A stretch of 64,000 nucleotides of DNA from Zygnema circumcarinatum SAG 698-1b. Lineage: Eukaryota > Plantae > Zygnematophyceae. The stretch lies in the NCBI GenBank assembly GCA_037447605.1, contig CM074816.1:697873-761872 (forward strand). The letters run 5' to 3'. Below the pieces are notes generated by a model. That model had not been told where the DNA came from. It did not search any database and worked only from the letters and a program-made list of their open reading frames with translations. How positions within the stretch are numbered: the first letter of the stretch is position 1; every line of letters starts with the position of its first letter. Below, piece after piece: positions 58,701 to 64,000 of this stretch. Both the position numbers and the translations under genes were made by a program.

Positions 58701-61700
58701 GAAACGTTTATTGATCAGTTAAACTTGATCATGCATCTGAAGATAGTGATTGACAGCGGGTAACCTGGAAAGAATGATGTCTCCGGAGACTTGAAAACCT
58801 TCGCAATTTGATCATATCCTTTATTTGGAAGACTGTAGATGGGCCCAGCTAATGAAAGCTGCATCATTCAGACCCCCCCCTATTTTCAGTGTGTAGATCT
58901 GTTTCAAGTCTACACCCTCGCCTTCCACAACCATCATAACTTTGCATTGTGCTGTTGGTATGCAGGGCGTATTCGACGACGAAGATTGCTTTTCGAACGG
59001 AGTGGATCACAGCGTGGTGGTGGTCGGATACGACCTGAGCGCGGATCCACCCTTTTGGATCCTCCGCAACTCGTGGGGGCGCAACTGGGGCGAGCAGGGT
59101 TACATGCGCCTCAAAATATCCGCCGGGGCGGGGATATGCGGGATCAATAGCCTGCCCGCCCTCATGCCCGTCGTCAGATCCCAAGGTAAGCTGCATTGTG
59201 CTGCATAGAGGGAGGGACTTGAGATGGATGTGATAGATTTGATGTGCGTTGTACTTTTGGAGCATCCGCAACGGGAGATTGGAGGGTCGTATGGGAACAT
59301 GCAATTAGCAGTTGGAAAGGCCCCTGCTTTTTGTTGAGAGTCGTCGTTCCTTTCACTGTAGGAGCGGTTCGCACTTTTTTGAAGTCCCCATCCTTCTCTG
59401 GGCTGACCACTGGGCCTCAAGCTATGGTAGAAGAAGTGCTTTCGCTACCCATTTCTGCATCTCACGGCAAATCTGGGAATTGGAAGCGTCTTCTAATGTG
59501 ACCTCTCCCTTCGGCCTTCGTTGAGTGCAGTTGGCGATCCATGCTTCAGGAATAACTATGCGAGTGTGGTCCTGAAGAATGTGAATGGCCCCGGCGGAGT
59601 GAACCCCTGTGGAAACGGCATCTGCATTCCTGCGGGGTCGACCAACCTCTGCCACTGCTCGGAGGGCTTTGTGGCGGTCACTAACAACGACTACTCGCAA
59701 ACCTGCGCACCCCGTGAGTGCTTCCTTCAACAAAGGGCTCTTTGGGTACCGTTTCACTGCTTAGATCATTCATTTCACTTATGATTTTCTCCTTCAATTT
59801 GCGTGAGGAATGTCAAACAGTGAATATGGGCACATCAGGACCCCCCTATGCCTGTGTGTGAATATCCTCCCCATCTTCACAGAGCCTTGTTCTCAAGTTG
59901 TATTGGCGGTCGTGCAGTGTCTCCATGCAAGTTTGCGTCACGGAATCCGTGCGGCGTTGGAGAGTGTTTGGATGCCGCGGCGCCTCTGGGAACGTACCAA
60001 TGCTTGTGCCCCATCGGCTATGCGCCCGACTCCCCGGAGGGCACGCTCACGTGCTTGCCAGGTAGATATCTCCTCGTCACTCGTCAATTGTAAACTATGT
60101 CAAAGAACTCCATTCTTGCATCCGGTATTATTAGCCTAAAACAGATGTGCCCCATTTGATTATCTTAAGCATAATTTGGCCGTTTCTGTGGCCCGTCGGT
60201 ACCTCATCCTAACTGAGCAACTTGTCAAACAAGGGAGGGCAGTCTGTGAGACTTCTCCGACTAACGGCTACCAACGTTCTGTGCAGCGGCTATGGTGGAC
60301 GGGCAGCAGAACTTTACAGTGCCCATTGGCACAAACATAAGTTGCCCTACCGTTTACAACATGTATGGCATCAGCAAAGCCACGTTTTTGGACCAGAACA
60401 AAGTAAGTAATGGTGAACGCTTCTCGCCCTCTCTAGCTCAGTCGTGCAGAAAATCTTCCCAATAGGTCTGTGTTGGCGCATCAACTCTCCGAAAAACGAA
60501 AAGTTATCTCCACGGTTTTTTTCTACCGCTGAGCCAAACCATCATTTCCTCTCACAAATTGAATTCCAAGGGGAATATGAAGCTGACGGAGACCTTCACA
60601 TCGTGCAGAACTTGAGTTGCCAATCGCCACTTCCAGAAGGCACGGTTGTGAATGTCACCAATTTCCAAAACTGCTCCGTCGTTTACGCCGTCAATGCGGT
60701 GAGCACCGTCTGCATGCTCAGCTCCCTGTTTATACTTGTCTCCGTTCTGTGTGCTTGCCTGCTCGCATTTACTCCATTGGTCTCCACTCATCCTAAAGCA
60801 CTGTGAGGAGGCTGAAGGCTACTTGTAAACTCACCTTCTGTCCTATCCATGCTGCAGGGTGACACGTGCGACTCCATCGCAACAGTGTTCAACGTGACTT
60901 CAATATCCGGCCCCGATTCACCAAATCCTGATTTGGACTGCTCACAGCTCATGCCTTTCCAACAGGTATGCCTGCTCAGACCTATCGTAGTAGGGCGACA
61001 TTTTGCTGCAGAGCATTCCATTTCCTGACTCACTGACGCATGGCAGTTGTTGAAGATGAAGAAAATGGGACTTTCGGTCGTTAATAATGTTCCAAGTGGG
61101 AGTAACCCGTGAGTTACTATGGAAGAGGTCAGCTTTACTTCTTTTGAGATTGATAGCATGTGAGCTCGTCGTGCAGGTCTGCATTCAAAGAGGGCCCCTC
61201 GAATACATCGGACCATGCGTTCGGCCATATGATGTTCAGAATGGCGAGTCCTGCTATTCGATAATATCAGAGTATCTCGATGATGATATTTGGAAATTTT
61301 ATAAGCTCAATCCTGGCGTCTTTTGTGGCAAACTGCTGCTTCCTACCAGCGGCAGCAGTGTGCTTGGCCAACAGGTGAGACGCTGCTCAAGCAAATGCAT
61401 TTCAACACCACTCAGTTTCATATTCATGTGATCTCAATGTTGGAGTATCACTACATGCCTCAAGTCGTCTACTCATCGAAACTGAACAGGAGATGAGTGG
61501 CTGACTTCACTGACTAATTGGCAAGTCAGACCTGCATTGACGGTCTTACTAACATAGCTAATCGCCAGGATTTACGATAGTTTTCTTTTTGGTCTTCTTG
61601 AGTGATCTGCTTGGTTCACTTATGTTTTTTTTTTAGATTTATTTTTTAATATCTTGCGCTGTCATTGCGTGCTTGTGCAGGTCTGTCTGGCAGCAGCGGA

Positions 61701-61887
61701 TGTGGGACTGAGTGCGACCTGCACGCAGAAATCCATCCTCCGAAAAGCAACGTACACCTGCGCCAGTCTGTCAAAGTGCTTCACGAAAACCTTAACCTTC
61801 AAGTCATTGAATGGCTTCGCGTGCACTGCAGCAGCGTTGAAAAAGAAGACGCAAGTATGCGTTCCGAAGACGAGTTCATGTAACTGA
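52794..61887 (+). CDS. Mosaic secreted protein B: signal peptide - ricin-B - Pro-rich linker - LRRs - EGF-like - papain C1A - EGF x2 - LysM x4
   Basis: Exons 52794-52863 ([23 protein letters not shown]), 52994-53140 and 53477-53692 (ricin-[18 protein letters not shown]), 54952-55197 (SPPP-rich), LRR exons 55299-55355 (cut by gap), 55618-55689, 56155-56226, 56546-56617, 56829-56900 (72 nt each), 57135-57481 (LRR+EGF), 57692-57874 ([18 protein letters not shown]), 58112-58338 (STCW, Cys 58117), 58481-58618, 58966-59185 (DHS His 59008, RNSW Asn 59068), 59531-59713 and 59918-60061 (EGF), 60287-60402/60609-60698/60858-60965/61177-61374/61681-61887 (LysM). Confidence 0.9.
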
Positions 61888-64000
61888 CGGGCAAGAGTAA
61901 GAGTTGAGTCGGGGATTATAAGAGTCAACCAAGAGGATGTAACCGAGGGGGGGTATGTACGCATAAGCAGTATGCAATTAAGGATGTGTGCTGTAGTTGA
62001 GGTCATGTTAGGGTTTTGAAATGCCGAGATGCAGAGGCGATTTATTAATTTTAGGCTTGTTTGACCTTGTTAGGAGGGGTAGCTTTGTGATTAGTTTGGC
62101 CGGTACAGTGCAGGGAGGGATTCTTTTTAGGAGCATCTAGAGCTTTACTTTCTTCAAGATTTTGCGTTCAGTAGGAAGAGAGTGAAGCAGGTTCAGGCCA
62201 TTCCAATCATTTGTTAATTTCCTCATGTGCTTTATATTACCGCGTCGCTGGAGCAATCACAATGAAAGGAATAGTGGAGGGGATAGATCCCACATGTCAT
62301 ATTGGCCATCGAGAAACCCTAAAATCCTTAGGGTGCGTTTTCATGGTCCAACTTCGTTTATTCAGTTGAACGAATGAGATGTGGTTCAACATTGCTCACG
62401 AAAAACGGTACAAGCACACAAACAAAAATACTAAGCTTCAGTATTAAACCACAAACTGCACCACCTAGCTAGCTGTCAATTCTAACTAATAAACTCGCCA
62501 CTAAATTGAGTCTTAATGTGCAGAGCAATGTGATTGGAGCATGAAAGCATGTGTATAATGGGCGGCTAAGGTTGCCAAGTCGACGTGGCGCTCCGTCATT
62601 GGCTCCGTTCCTTGGTAGTTTGTTTTACGGAAACAATGTTCCGTTGGCGGCCGTTCGCTGCGCTGCCGGTCGTGACCACCTGACGACTCCGCCGACTCGT
62701 TGTACGGACATAGGGCACCTCTCCAGTTCCCGCATACAAATCCACCTGCACGGAAATCTGAAGAACGGAAATCCGCGTGTGCGGATACTGTACAGTACCT
62801 GGACCTGTACGCACAAGCGAAATCGCCGAAGGCGCCATGTCTACGACCGACCAGTACGGCCAAAATTATGGATCGTGTGCTGACATGGCCTTGTCGGCCC
62901 TCGTTTGTCCCATTGCGGAAAGCCCCGGACGGCGCGGAACCAATGAGAGGCCGTCACGTGGTGGGCTGTCGGGAGGATCAGCGACTCGGTCAACGGGATT
63001 TGGGTTGCACACGTGCTGGTGAGCTAACGAGGCGGTCAGCGGACAGGCGACCACGGGGTCGTGCACGTGATTGGTCGAAACTGGATTTCGTTTGTCGGCG
63101 CTGTCGGTGGGCCGCCCGCCCCCTGCGAGGCGGGCCAGGGCAGAGCGGACGGCACGGCCAGCTATCCTACGGAGAGGATGCAAGTTCAACAAGGAGCGCG
63201 TAGGGACAAGAAAGCGAGAGGGGGAGAGTGAGGAGAGAGAGGAGAGAGAGGAGGGAAAGCAGGAGATGGAAGAAGAAAAAAGAGAGAGGGACATTGGGAG
63301 AGGTAAATTTTTAGTTTTCAATTGCAAATATTTTATTCGAGTTTTTCTTAACAACGATATTGTCTGAATTCTGTCTATAAAAGTCGTCCATATTTCAACC
63401 ATTTTTTGAATCATGAATCTGGATCTGGATCTGAATATGAATCATGTTATGATTCATGCAATGAAAACATTCCATGCTTTAACTCCTTTCGAAACCACAA
63501 GCATTGTAATTGATTGGTAAAATATCAATGTACAAAGTTGAGAGTAGGAGTTGGCGAGTTTGCAGCAATTCCTCGAGCCGTGTTGTTGTTGGGCCTAAAA
63601 GCGGACTTCATATGCATGGGATGCCATCGCCCTCGTAAGGTCAATCCCAGTCCACCCTCCCCCCAAGCAGGACCATGGCCGCCTGGCGACGGGCCCGCGG
63701 GGCCTAGCGCACATGTTGAACGCGCTCCCTCCAAGGTGAAGTCTCAGGCCGCACATTGTTCGCGCGGGCCACCGACACTACCGACAAACGCAATCTTATT
63801 GACCAATCATAGACTGCCAAGTCATCCCTCCACGCGGTCCAAAATATCGTTGACCGAGTCGCGGGCTTTCAGCCGCGCTCCGCCGCGCTGGCCGCCTCTC
63901 ATTGGCTCCGCCCCCGCCGCAAGTGGCCGCCACGGGCTGCCAGCGCGGCGATGGCGACAAACGCCACGTCATTGCTCTAATCTGCATATATGGCCGTACA

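Noticed and set aside
62500-64000. Gene start or ncRNA in the GC-rich terminal region
   Set aside because: Only short or low-complexity ORFs, CCAAT-like and palindromic motifs; probably promoter or repeat DNA of a feature beyond the window.

Overview
Intron-rich eukaryotic DNA, most consistent with a streptophyte green alga (Closterium/Zygnematophyceae-like; taxon is inference from plant-type housekeeping genes, GT-AG introns and CT/GA microsatellites). The main signal is two paralogous multi-exon genes at opposite ends of the window (327-7822 and 52794-61887, both +). By manual exon joining each encodes a long, apparently secreted mosaic protein: LRRs + EGF-like + ricin-B lectin + papain (C1A) protease with Cys/His/Asn triad + 2 EGF + 4 Cys-rich LysM modules. 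The ricin-B module sits in a different position in each copy. Between them lie the 5' part of a PFK gene, EXO84, a calponin-homology protein with an E/K repeat, a His-less histidine-kinase-like membrane protein, a hAT element with a nested decayed Ty3/gypsy element, intronless KIN17, an intron-containing pRiA4b-ORF3-like gene, DEAD-box helicase RH7/DDX21, and several MITEs. All gene models are manual and unverified by transcripts or database searches; several 10-N gaps may hide exons.
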